Positions 17,175 through 26,552 of a DNA stretch of 32,000 nt are shown here, one piece after another; position 1 is the stretch's first letter; every line of letters starts with the position of its first letter. The stretch covers positions 840,001-872,000 of the forward strand of contig CP126532.1 of the NCBI GenBank assembly GCA_030167145.1. Reading direction: 5' to 3'. The position numbers and the translations under genes were made by a program. The notes beneath the pieces were generated by a model that did no database searches, was not told the DNA's origin, and saw only the letters and a list, made by a program, of their open reading frames with translations. Source of the stretch: Ktedonobacterales bacterium. GTDB taxonomy: Bacteria > Chloroflexota > Ktedonobacteria > Ktedonobacterales > JADMIN01.

Positions 17175-17286
17175 AGCGACGTCTCTGATTTGGGTGTTAC
17201 AACCAGCGTATGTGCTCCGACATCTCTGTGATGTAGCAGTGGCGGTGGCAGGTGTGCCAGCACGCATGAGAGAGGAGCGTCTCGCT

Positions 17287-18084
17287 ATGTCTACACCACA
17301 TGCCAGCTATGGTCGTCCCGCTTGGGTAGGGCGCGTGATCTCTTGCAGTCTCCGGGCGTGCTGCTGCCTTGTCGCCGTGTTCGCTATAGTCGCGTTCACG
17401 GCATCAAGTGCCACCGCACGGCCACTCTGCCCGGTGTGCATGGCGCCGGATAAAGTAACGGCCAGCGGACCAGGGCTGGCCGGTACGGTCGCGGTGACGG
17501 ATGCGAGTGTGCTCAGCAATCTGGGAATCAGCACCTTCTTCGTTCCAGGGATGTCCGCAAAGAGCATCACCGCGCCCGCCACAGCGAATTCCGGATATGA
17601 GGTGACACGCTTCTACAACCTCGGAAGCGGGGGCACGGATTCCTGGGCGAGTTATTGGACACAGGGGTTCGATCACTTCCGCTATCTGCCTGGGACGGCA
17701 ACACAGGAGGGCGCGCTCTTCTATGAAGGCTCCGCGCCAGGCGACTCCGAGCATATGGTGTCAGCTATTGGGTTGAGTAGCTACGTAGGGAAGTGGTTCC
17801 AAACGACACCGCAACAAGACGCGGCGATGCGCCAATTGCTTGCCAGCGCGAAAGGTCTGCCAGCCACGAGCGTCACACCGATAACACAACAGCCCGCCCC
17901 GGCATCCGTGCCAGTTTCCCCGCCGCAGGCTGGCGCGCGATCTCAGCCAGTGACAATCGAACGGCTGTTGCCGCTGCTGGCCGCCATCAGCGCAATACTG
18001 CTGCTGGGCATACTGGCGTTCGGCGCGAGCGTGCTGCGGTGGCGGCTGCGGTGGCGGCTGCGGCTGCGGATGCAGCGGCGGTAA
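17287..18084 (+). CDS. hypothetical exported/membrane-anchored protein with N-terminal signal anchor, CPVC motif, Pro-rich linker, C-terminal TM and Arg-rich tail
   Basis: GAGAGAGGAG SD 9 nt before ATG 17287. N-terminal hydrophobic segment ending SATA|RP, then CPVC. C-terminus LLPLLAAISAILLLGILAFGASVLRWRLRWRLRLRMQRR. No family is recognised. Confidence 0.55.
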   Translation: MSTPHASYGRPAWVGRVISCSLRACCCLVAVFAIVAFTASSATARPLCPVCMAPDKVTASGPGLAGTVAVTDASVLSNLGISTFFVPGMSAKSITAPATANSGYEVTRFYNLGSGGTDSWASYWTQGFDHFRYLPGTATQEGALFYEGSAPGDSEHMVSAIGLSSYVGKWFQTTPQQDAAMRQLLASAKGLPATSVTPITQQPAPASVPVSPPQAGARSQPVTIERLLPLLAAISAILLLGILAFGASVLRWRLRWRLRLRMQRR

Positions 18085-18106
18085 GGACAGCAACAATACG
18101 CTCCCG

Positions 18107-18160
18107 CAAACAAAAGGGGGCACGCTCGCCATTGAGCGTGCCCTCTGTGTGTTCGCGTTT
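18107..18160. terminator. bidirectional rho-independent terminator (stem GGGCACGCTC / GAGCGTGCCC, 6-nt loop, A-rich on the left and T-rich on the right)
   Basis: Perfect 10-bp GC-rich stem at 18118-18143, flanked by CAAACAAAAG and TCTGTGTGTTCGCGTTTG. Lies between the convergent hypothetical gene and groEL. A second hairpin (GGGCGTCC/GGACGCCC) is at 18176-18194. Confidence 0.7.
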
Positions 18161-18219
18161 GTGCCGTCGCGGTAGGGGCGTCCGGTGGACGCCCGCTACG
18201 AGCGAATGCGCGTGCCGGT

Positions 18220-19869
<1,650 letters not shown>

Positions 19870-19947
19870 CTACCGGCGATAGCTGGCCGACGGCCCCCTA
19901 GCGCCTGTGCTCCGGCCAGAGGTGGCCGCGAGCGCCTTTACGTATCG

Positions 19948-20244
19948 TTACTTATCGAGAATCGCTAGGATGTCGGACTCGCGCAGCACGAGGATGTCGT
20001 CGCCGTCGAGCTTGTATTCGGTGCCGCCGTACTTCGCGAACAGCACGCGGTCGCCTTCCTTCACTTCCATGGGGATGCGGTCGCCCTTGTCCGAGACCTT
20101 GCCCGCGCCCACCGCCAGGATGATGCCTTCCTGCGGCTTTTCCTTGGCGGTATCGGGGAGTACGATGCCGCTCTTGGTCACTTCTTCTTTCTGCGTGGGC
20201 TTGACCACCACCCGATCACCAACGGGGCGAATCTTGCTTGCCAC
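19948..20244 (-). CDS. groES: co-chaperonin GroES (10 kDa)
   Basis: [45 protein letters not shown]...[22 protein letters not shown] place the start at GTG 20244 because AGGAGGGAAGAGAAC precedes it and it gives a canonical 98 aa. The longest ORF (GTG 20292) has no SD. Confidence 0.93.
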   Translation of the reverse strand: MASKIRPVGDRVVVKPTQKEEVTKSGIVLPDTAKEKPQEGIILAVGAGKVSDKGDRIPMEVKEGDRVLFAKYGGTEYKLDGDDILVLRESDILAILDK

Positions 20245-20584
20245 GTTCTCTTCCCTCCTGTTGCCAGTGGATTTGGTTGATTTGTTGGCCACGTGTCTAC
20301 ATTTCTATCCGCCGGCCACGGAAGCCCCGCGCCAGCAGCGTTGTGGAATACGCGCCCAGCCTGTGGGCAGCGTCGGATCACAATCCGTCGGGTAGTATCG
20401 CGCACCGCGCATTAGAGGTGTGTATACGTGATGTTAGAGGCGCATAGGAGTTGTGCTAGAGATATGTTAGAAGGACACAGTACAGCGTCGCGCAGGCATG
20501 CACTGAGACTGTTTCGTCACGCGCAGCATGAAGCCACCCACTGCTCGCGATGGCATAGGAGCGGGAACGCGCGATAGTATGGGG

Positions 20585-20974
20585 TTAGAATGTGCGTGGT
20601 TCGCCGGTGCGCGCGAGAGCGTGAATGTCGGTGATGGCGTTGCGCTCATCCACGAAGACGATGCGCGGCTGCCAGTTCGGCGGCACGGGATCTTCGACCT
20701 GGGCATAGGACATGATGATGACGCGGTCGCCAGCGTTGACCAGATGCGCCGCCGCGCCATTGAGCCGCACTTCGCCGCTGCCACGCTCGCCCAGCACAGC
20801 ATAGGTTTCCAGCCGCGCGCCGTTGGTAATATCTACCACCTGCACGCGCTCATAGGGACGGATGTTGGCGGCGGCGAGCAGCAGCGCGTCAACAGTGATT
20901 GAGCCGATAGAATCGAGATCGGCGCCAGTGATGGTGGCGCGGTGAATCTTGCCGTTTAGCATAGTGCGTAGCAT
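20585..20974 (-). CDS. panD: aspartate 1-decarboxylase (pyruvoyl-dependent)
   Basis: MLRTMLNGKIHRATITGADLDSIGSITVD contains the Gly-Ser self-cleavage site. ...RLETYAVLGERGSGEVRLNGAAAHLVNAGDRVIIMSYA. Confidence 0.93.
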   Translation of the reverse strand: MLRTMLNGKIHRATITGADLDSIGSITVDALLLAAANIRPYERVQVVDITNGARLETYAVLGERGSGEVRLNGAAAHLVNAGDRVIIMSYAQVEDPVPPNWQPRIVFVDERNAITDIHALARTGEPRTF

Positions 20975-21167
20975 AGTGTTATCATTTTCTCCTTCGCAGG
21001 TCGCGACATACGCAATCTTGCGTAGCGCGCCACATCTGATTGTAGCGCGCGCCGAAACATACTAGAGAGATGTACTATCAACATGTGAATGACATTGAAC
21101 CGCGCGAGGCCGCTGTGCTGAAGCTAGTGGTGATGCGGAGCCGTGATGAGGGAAAGGGTGGCATCTT

Positions 21168-22091
21168 ATGCGTATCGCCGTAGTGGGAAGCGGAGGACTG
21201 GGCGGCTATTTCGGCGCGCTGCTGGCCCGCGCTGGTGAGGACGTGTCATTTTTGGCGCGTGGCGCACAACTCGCGGCTATTCGCGCGTCGGGGTTGACGG
21301 TGCAATCGCGCCTGTCGGGCGACTTCACGCTGCCGGTGCGCGTGACGGATGAGGCGCGCGAGATTGGCCCCGTAGACCTTGCGCTCTTCACGGTCAAGTC
21401 ATACGGCCTGGAAGCGGCGGCAGAGCAATGCCGCCCACTGGTGGGCGCGGAAACCACCGTGCTGCCACTGCTCAATGGCATAGACGCGACAGAGCGACTC
21501 GGAGCCACGTTCGGTAGCGAGCGCGTGCTGGGCGGCGTGGCGCTGGTGACGGCGGCGGTCGCGGCCCCAGGCGTGATCGCGCAGACCGGCGGGCCAGGGA
21601 TGCTCATGCTCGGTGAGCTGGCGGGCGGGATTAGTCCCCGTGTTGAACAGATTGCGGCCAGGCTCCAACGCGCGGGCATACCAGCGAGCGCGGAGGCAAA
21701 CATCATGGGGGCGCTGTGGAACAAGTTCGTCTTGATTTGCGCTTTCAGTGGTCTGACCGCCCTGACACGCCTGCCCATCGGGCCGATCCTCAGCACCCCA
21801 GAGACACGCGAACTCTATACCGGAATAATGCGCGAGGTCGAGGCCGTAGCGCGGGCGCATGGCGTGGCGCTGCCAGACGAAGTGATCGAGCGAACTCTGG
21901 CGCTCTCCAGCGGCATGGGCGCAAGTGAACGCGGCTCGATGGCGCACGACCTGCTCAACGGGCGGCGCATGGAACTTGAGACGCTCAACGGCACGGTGGT
22001 GCGGCTGGGCCGCGCGCACGGCATCCCCACGCCGCTCAACTTCGCCATCTACGCCGCGCTGAAGCCGTATGAACAGGGGACGTCAGGGTAA
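21168..22091 (+). CDS. panE: 2-dehydropantoate 2-reductase (ketopantoate reductase, ApbA/PanE family)
   Basis: N-terminal Rossmann MRIAVVGSGGLGGYFGALLARAG. LWNKFVLICAFSGLTAL and SMAHDLLNGRRMELETLNGTVVRLGRAHGIPTP are typical PanE motifs. Divergent from panD. Confidence 0.88.
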   Translation: MRIAVVGSGGLGGYFGALLARAGEDVSFLARGAQLAAIRASGLTVQSRLSGDFTLPVRVTDEAREIGPVDLALFTVKSYGLEAAAEQCRPLVGAETTVLPLLNGIDATERLGATFGSERVLGGVALVTAAVAAPGVIAQTGGPGMLMLGELAGGISPRVEQIAARLQRAGIPASAEANIMGALWNKFVLICAFSGLTALTRLPIGPILSTPETRELYTGIMREVEAVARAHGVALPDEVIERTLALSSGMGASERGSMAHDLLNGRRMELETLNGTVVRLGRAHGIPTPLNFAIYAALKPYEQGTSG

Positions 22092-22109
22092 GAATGGACA
22101 ACCGCGACA

Positions 22110-22388
22110 TCAGACCAGTTTGTTATAGTCTTCGTGCGAGCCAATCCAAACCCATAGCATGGAACCATCAGACTGGCGCTTGCCAATTACGCGGTAGCGC
22201 CTGCCTACGCGGGCGGAATAGACTGTCGGATCTGAAGGATCAACTGGCTTGTAATGCAGACTCGGATGATTGGGGGTTTGCTGCCAGAGGTGAAAAGCTT
22301 CCTCGGCCTGCTCCTGGACAGCCTGGGGCAAGGCATCAAGCAAAGTACGAAATCGCTTCGAGCGGCGTGATTTCACCGGAGCTACCAC
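22110..22388 (-). CDS. type II toxin, ParE/RelE-fold (ParE-like toxin family)
   Basis: 92 aa. ...NHPSLHYKPVDPSDPTVYSARVGRRYRVIGKRQSDGSMLWVWIGSHEDYNKLV matches the C-terminal signature of ParE-like/RelE-fold toxins (HPSL-x-FK, SVR.. YR, WxWIGSHxxY). The GTG start overlaps the upstream ORF's stop by 7 nt. Confidence 0.7.
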   Translation of the reverse strand: MVAPVKSRRSKRFRTLLDALPQAVQEQAEEAFHLWQQTPNHPSLHYKPVDPSDPTVYSARVGRRYRVIGKRQSDGSMLWVWIGSHEDYNKLV

Positions 22389-22597
22389 CCACCCTCTTCA
22401 GTTTCTTCAGCCTCGGCCTCAGCGATCAATCGCTTCAGATATTCCTTTGATCGAGGTGATCCGACGAGCGCGTCCCACTCTTGTTGCTCAAGCTCCTCTT
22501 CGATGATCGTGGCGATATGCCGCTGTGTTTCCTCAGAAAGCTGTCCTGCGTGGTCGAGCGCATCGAGGGCGCGGCGCAATTCCTCTACCATGTTCAT
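22382..22597 (-). CDS. putative antitoxin (71 aa, acidic, helical), family not recognised
   Basis: GAAAGGGG SD. Small acidic ORF immediately upstream of the toxin and overlapping it. An extended -10 (TGGTATAGT) lies upstream. Confidence 0.6.
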   Translation of the reverse strand: MNMVEELRRALDALDHAGQLSEETQRHIATIIEEELEQQEWDALVGSPRSKEYLKRLIAEAEAEETEEGGW

Positions 22598-22669
22598 CCC
22601 CTTTCGCTCACGTTCACCTGCTGCATCACTATACCATAACCATGTACAGTCTGACCCGGTGGCAGACGC

Positions 22670-23611
22670 TCACCTGAGATACTGCGCAAAGAACGCCAGC
22701 ACATGCTGCTCGTATTCGGCAGAGTGCGCGGCTAGCGCGCCCGCATGGCCGCCGCTCGGCGCGATCCACTGCGCCTTTGGGTTGCCCGCCGCCGCGAAGA
22801 GTTTCTGCTCACCGGCAAGCGGTGTCAGCGCGTTTGTGTCGTCCGCCGAAGCGATCAGCAACACAGCGCGCGGACTGATCTGGCCAATGACCGCGAGTGG
22901 GCGGGCGTCTTCCAGCCGTGCGCCAATTAACGCATCCACCAATGCCGGCTCATAGGGTAGCGCTGGCATGGTGACCGGCCCAAATGGCAGCGTTGTCATC
23001 CGCGAGATTTGCGGCTGTTGATCGGTCCAGGCGCTATCCGCTACCACCGCCGCTATGGCTGGCTCACGCGCCGCCGCCAGCAGCGCGTCGCCCGCGCCAA
23101 GCGAGACGCCCAGCACACCGAAGCGCTTGTCTCGCAGATCGGGCAGACTTTCCAGGTACCTCACCGCGCCGATCACATCGTCCGGCTCGGTCGCGCCCAG
23201 CCCGATTCCCCAGCCGTCGCTCTCGCCGCAGCCACGACTGTCGTAGAGCAGCACGTTGTAGCCAGCGGCGTAGAGGAAGCGCGCCCAGGGTAGCATGTCG
23301 GCCCGTCTGCCCTTGAAGCCATGTACCAGAATCACGCTGGGCGCATTGGGTGAAGCCATTGCCAGCCACCCCGCTAGCCGCACGCCATCGCTGGCCGCGA
23401 AATGCACTTCGCGCACTGGCATGCCTACGCTATGCGGATCCGGCGCACCCCGCCCAGAGCGATTGGCGACCAGCGTAACCCCGCGTGCAGCAGGCGCGAG
23501 CGCCCAGGCGAACAGCATGAGCAGCCCGGCCACCAGCGCCACGCGGCGCCAGCCCCAGCGCGCGAACCAGCGACGGATGCTGTAGACTTGCTGCTCCTTG
23601 CTTTTTACCAT
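22670..23611 (-). CDS. membrane-anchored alpha/beta-fold hydrolase (serine hydrolase, Hydrolase_4/S33-like)
   Basis: GAAAGGGGG SD. N-terminal TM (VALVAGLLMLFAWALA). VILVHGFKGRRADMLPWARFLYAAGYNVLLYDSRGCGESDG, nucleophile elbow GVSLG, and later SADD and GGHAG (candidate Asp/His). Confidence 0.8.
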   Translation of the reverse strand: MVKSKEQQVYSIRRWFARWGWRRVALVAGLLMLFAWALAPAARGVTLVANRSGRGAPDPHSVGMPVREVHFAASDGVRLAGWLAMASPNAPSVILVHGFKGRRADMLPWARFLYAAGYNVLLYDSRGCGESDGWGIGLGATEPDDVIGAVRYLESLPDLRDKRFGVLGVSLGAGDALLAAAREPAIAAVVADSAWTDQQPQISRMTTLPFGPVTMPALPYEPALVDALIGARLEDARPLAVIGQISPRAVLLIASADDTNALTPLAGEQKLFAAAGNPKAQWIAPSGGHAGALAAHSAEYEQHVLAFFAQYLR

Positions 23612-23650
23612 GCGACGCCCCCTTTCTCGCTGCTTGCAGAGCCGCGCGTA

Positions 23651-24073
23651 CTAAGGCACGGCAGTGGGCGCAACCGGGCCAAGCGCGCGATGGTCTGGTA
23701 GCAGTTCGCCATCCACAGATGCGGAGGCAGGTGAGAGCGGCACGATCACTTTGTATATTTGGGTGCAATCGCCTGCGCCGTCGTGCAGCGCGCCGTCGCA
23801 GGTCGCGCCGAAGGCCCGGCGTGTGCCGTCATCAGCGATGAGCGTATAGCGCAGCGTGAACGATACCTCATTGCTGGCAGCGCTGGAGACGTTACAGGTT
23901 AGCTTCGTCGCGAGCACATCCACCCCGCTCGGTTCCGATTGCACAGTGCAGCGCAGCGACGGCGTTCCCGCGTTTGACGTGCGGGCGCCGCATCCAGCTA
24001 CGGCAATCAGTATGAGTAACGAGAGTGCGGCCAGAGCCAGTACCCCACCTCTAGATTTTTGGCGGATTCCCAT
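23651..24073 (-). CDS. small Cys-containing lipoprotein, unknown function
   Basis: Start set at ATG 24073, 9 nt after GAAGGA. Signal peptide with lipobox V-A-G-C (GGVLALAALSLLILIAVAGCG). The mature part has four further Cys and is beta-strand-like. The track's longer 259-aa ORF overlaps the upstream gene and is rejected. Confidence 0.55.
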   Translation of the reverse strand: MGIRQKSRGGVLALAALSLLILIAVAGCGARTSNAGTPSLRCTVQSEPSGVDVLATKLTCNVSSAASNEVSFTLRYTLIADDGTRRAFGATCDGALHDGAGDCTQIYKVIVPLSPASASVDGELLPDHRALGPVAPTAVP

Positions 24074-24141
24074 AGCGACCATTCCTTCTCGAAAATTGTG
24101 TCGAATGTGGGGCCAGACGGCACAACACGCGCGAGAGTTCC

Positions 24142-24636
24142 CTATATGGCTTGCGGCTCGATAAAGAACCGCCACGCCAGGCTCACTCCCAGCACGATCA
24201 ACAGCGTCAGCAGGATACCCGCTAGGGTCAACGGCGCCAGATGCAGCGTCGTGAGGATGGTCGAGGCGGGCAGCACCGCCACCAGCAGCACCAGCGCATA
24301 GAAGATGATGCCCGTCCAGCGTAGCGCGAGAACTATTCGTGGCCTGCCCTGTGGAGGCGCGCCGCCACGCAACAGGAATGCTGTTTCGACCACACCAATC
24401 GCACTGGCCACCACAAACGCGACATGCCATAACGCGCTCGCCTGCGACGCGAGCAACGCCAGTAAGCTCATGCTGCCGGGCAGCAGAAAGTAGAGTGAGA
24501 TGTTGGTAGCCATACGTCTGCGGCCAGGATTACCAATCCATTCGGCGTATTTGGTCTGCAACACCAGCCACCAGAGGCCGAGGAGCGTGAAACACAACTG
24601 CGCCACAGTCTGATAGAACGTGTCGAACTGCGGCAT
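24142..24636 (-). CDS. 5-TM membrane protein coupled to the histidine kinase, unknown family
   Basis: The ATG is 3 nt after the HK stop, with GAGGTGA inside the HK 3' end. Five hydrophobic segments. Collinear weak similarity to the ORF at 30292-30885. Confidence 0.65.
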   Translation of the reverse strand: MPQFDTFYQTVAQLCFTLLGLWWLVLQTKYAEWIGNPGRRRMATNISLYFLLPGSMSLLALLASQASALWHVAFVVASAIGVVETAFLLRGGAPPQGRPRIVLALRWTGIIFYALVLLVAVLPASTILTTLHLAPLTLAGILLTLLIVLGVSLAWRFFIEPQAI

Positions 24637-24639
24637 GGC

Positions 24640-26088
24640 TCACCTCGTTCTCTCGCTTGCCACGGCGATAGGCGCAGTCTCTGGCTCCATGGCGTTCGCG
24701 GGCGGCATGGGCAGCCGCAGTACGAAGGCTGAGCCTTCGCCAGAGACGCCCGCGCTCTCGGCGCGAATGCTGCCACCCATGGTTTCAGCAAACACCCGGC
24801 AGAGATACAGGCCTAGGCCGCTGCCCACCACCTGCGAGGCGAGATCGCGCGGGAGACGGACAAAACGGTTGAACAGCAGTGGCAATTGATCGGGAGGAAT
24901 ACCCTGACCGTAGTCGCGCACGATGATCTCCACCATCTCACGCTCCGGCGCTATGCCCGCGCGCAGACGTTGCAGCGTCGCGGGCGCGACTCGCACGCGC
25001 CGGCCGCTCACGTCAATTGGCGTGCCCGGCGGGGAGTATTTGAGCGCATTGGAGAGCAGATTGGTGAGAATCTGCTGAAAGCGGAAGGGATCGCCCCAGA
25101 TGATGAGATTGTCTTCCAGGCTCAGACGCAGGTCACGCACACTGCCATCCCCGGCGCGCGGATCAATCAGCGCCAGCGCCCCGTCCAACGCCGCACGCAC
25201 CTCCACCGGCTCCGGCTCGAGACTCTCATGGCTCTCGATACGCCGGATGTCTAGAATATTGGTCAGCAGCGTCACCAGCGTATCCGCTGTACGACTGGCT
25301 TTGTCCAAAGCATCGCCGATTTCCTCATCTGGCAGGCTTTCGTGACCCAATCGCAAATACTCAACGTAGCCTTGCAATGTCATGATCGGCGTGCGTAGTT
25401 CATGATTGATATGCGTAATAAATTGCGCCTTGAGGGTATCGAGCTGCTGCGCCCGCGCAAACGCGATGCCCAGGCTTTTCAGCGTCTGGCGATATGAAAG
25501 CCAGATCGAGATCATCAGCGCCGCCACGCCCCATTCATAGGTCAGCATCACCGATATCAAGAGCGGCAATTGCTGCCGGATCAGCGCATCGAGCGCAGGC
25601 GCGCGCGGCGCAAAGAGCAGAATGCAGAACGAGGCGATATTCACCGCGACTGCCGCGCCGAGAATGGTGCGCAGGTCGCCCAACATGCCCACCAGCACCA
25701 CCAATGTGCTGAGAAACGCAAGCTGGATGAAGCTCAGTGGTGTCAGTCCTTGCGAGAAGCACGCCACGATAACCGTGACCAGAATGCCCAGGCCGCCAGC
25801 GCCGACGACGATGCCGGTCGCCACGTCCAGCCGGTCGCGCCGGAGCGCCAGCCATGCTACGCCGAAGAATAGCGCCAGCGCAAACGTCAGGCCGTCGTTG
25901 ATCCAGACGGCCGCATCCTGCTGTGGATTCACCAGCAGCGCGACGCCAGCTACCAGGGATGCGACACCCGAAAGGCCAACGCCAGCGGGCACGATCACAC
26001 CCAGCAACCGGTGCTGGCGCTGGCGCTCGAACGAGAGATATTCGGCGCGTTCGGCCTCGGTGACGGACGATGCCGCGCTACTGCTCAT
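24640..26088 (-). CDS. sensor histidine kinase with about 6 N-terminal TM helices and no obvious extracytoplasmic domain
   Basis: HisKA H-box FITHINHELRTPIMTLQGY. HATPase N/G boxes LLSNALKYSPPG, VRDYGQGIPPDQLPLLFNRF, GSGLGLYLCRVFAETMGG. The start overlaps the RR stop (ATGA). Confidence 0.92.
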   Translation of the reverse strand: MSSSAASSVTEAERAEYLSFERQRQHRLLGVIVPAGVGLSGVASLVAGVALLVNPQQDAAVWINDGLTFALALFFGVAWLALRRDRLDVATGIVVGAGGLGILVTVIVACFSQGLTPLSFIQLAFLSTLVVLVGMLGDLRTILGAAVAVNIASFCILLFAPRAPALDALIRQQLPLLISVMLTYEWGVAALMISIWLSYRQTLKSLGIAFARAQQLDTLKAQFITHINHELRTPIMTLQGYVEYLRLGHESLPDEEIGDALDKASRTADTLVTLLTNILDIRRIESHESLEPEPVEVRAALDGALALIDPRAGDGSVRDLRLSLEDNLIIWGDPFRFQQILTNLLSNALKYSPPGTPIDVSGRRVRVAPATLQRLRAGIAPEREMVEIIVRDYGQGIPPDQLPLLFNRFVRLPRDLASQVVGSGLGLYLCRVFAETMGGSIRAESAGVSGEGSAFVLRLPMPPANAMEPETAPIAVASERTR

Positions 26089-26552
26089 GCGTCGCTCCCC
26101 CCATCATGGTTGCCTTCGCCGTCATCCTGTTCCGCTAATGTCCGCTGACGGCGGTCACGCTCACTCTGGCTGAGCGTGATGGCCTCGTGGATCGCAGCGA
26201 TTAATTCCTGAATCTTCACCGGCTTGATGAGATAGTGGTCGGCCCCGGCGAGAAAACCGGCAAGCTGGTTGAAATCTTGCGCGAGCGCGGTCAACATGAC
26301 AATGGGAATGCCTGCGGAGGTCGGATCACCACGCAGCGCTCGCACGAACTGATAGCCATTCAGCCCCGGCATCATCACGTCCACCACGATGCATGCGGGC
26401 CGCAACGCCATCGCCTTCTCCAACCCCTCTACACCGTCACTCGCCCGCTCGACAGTAAAGTGACCGATATAGTGAAGCGAACGGGTCATCAGGTCGAGCA
26501 ATTCGACATTGTCATCTATCAGTAAGACGGTTACGCCGGGGGATGTGCTCAT
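26085..26552 (-). CDS. single-domain response regulator (REC only, acidic tail)
   Basis: GGAGAGGAG SD. VLLIDDN ... IVVDVMMPGLNG (phospho-Asp) ... MLTA ... YLIKP. Only about 30 aa follow the receiver domain, and no DNA-binding domain is present. Confidence 0.9.
   Translation of the reverse strand: MSTSPGVTVLLIDDNVELLDLMTRSLHYIGHFTVERASDGVEGLEKAMALRPACIVVDVMMPGLNGYQFVRALRGDPTSAGIPIVMLTALAQDFNQLAGFLAGADHYLIKPVKIQELIAAIHEAITLSQSERDRRQRTLAEQDDGEGNHDGGSDA

Noticed and set aside
18036-18070. GC-rich 12-bp periodic DNA repeat (cggtggcggctg cggtggcggctg cggctgcgg)
   Set aside because: It lies inside the 17287-18084 coding frame and simply encodes the RWRLRWRLRLR tail. It is not an independent DNA element, although it may be slippage-prone.
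20293-20584. Possible CIRCE (HrcA operator) upstream of groES
   Set aside because: Only half-site-like fragments are present (CTAGCACAA; GAGTTGTGCTAGA). There is no inverted repeat with 9-nt spacing and too many mismatches to TTAGCACTC-N9-GAGTGCTAA.
23651-24430. 259-aa version of the lipoprotein ORF given in the track
   Set aside because: Its first ~116 codons overlap the 24142-24636 membrane-protein gene in another frame and are Ala/Gly/Arg-rich. An SD-supported ATG at 24073 gives a clean lipoprotein signal peptide.
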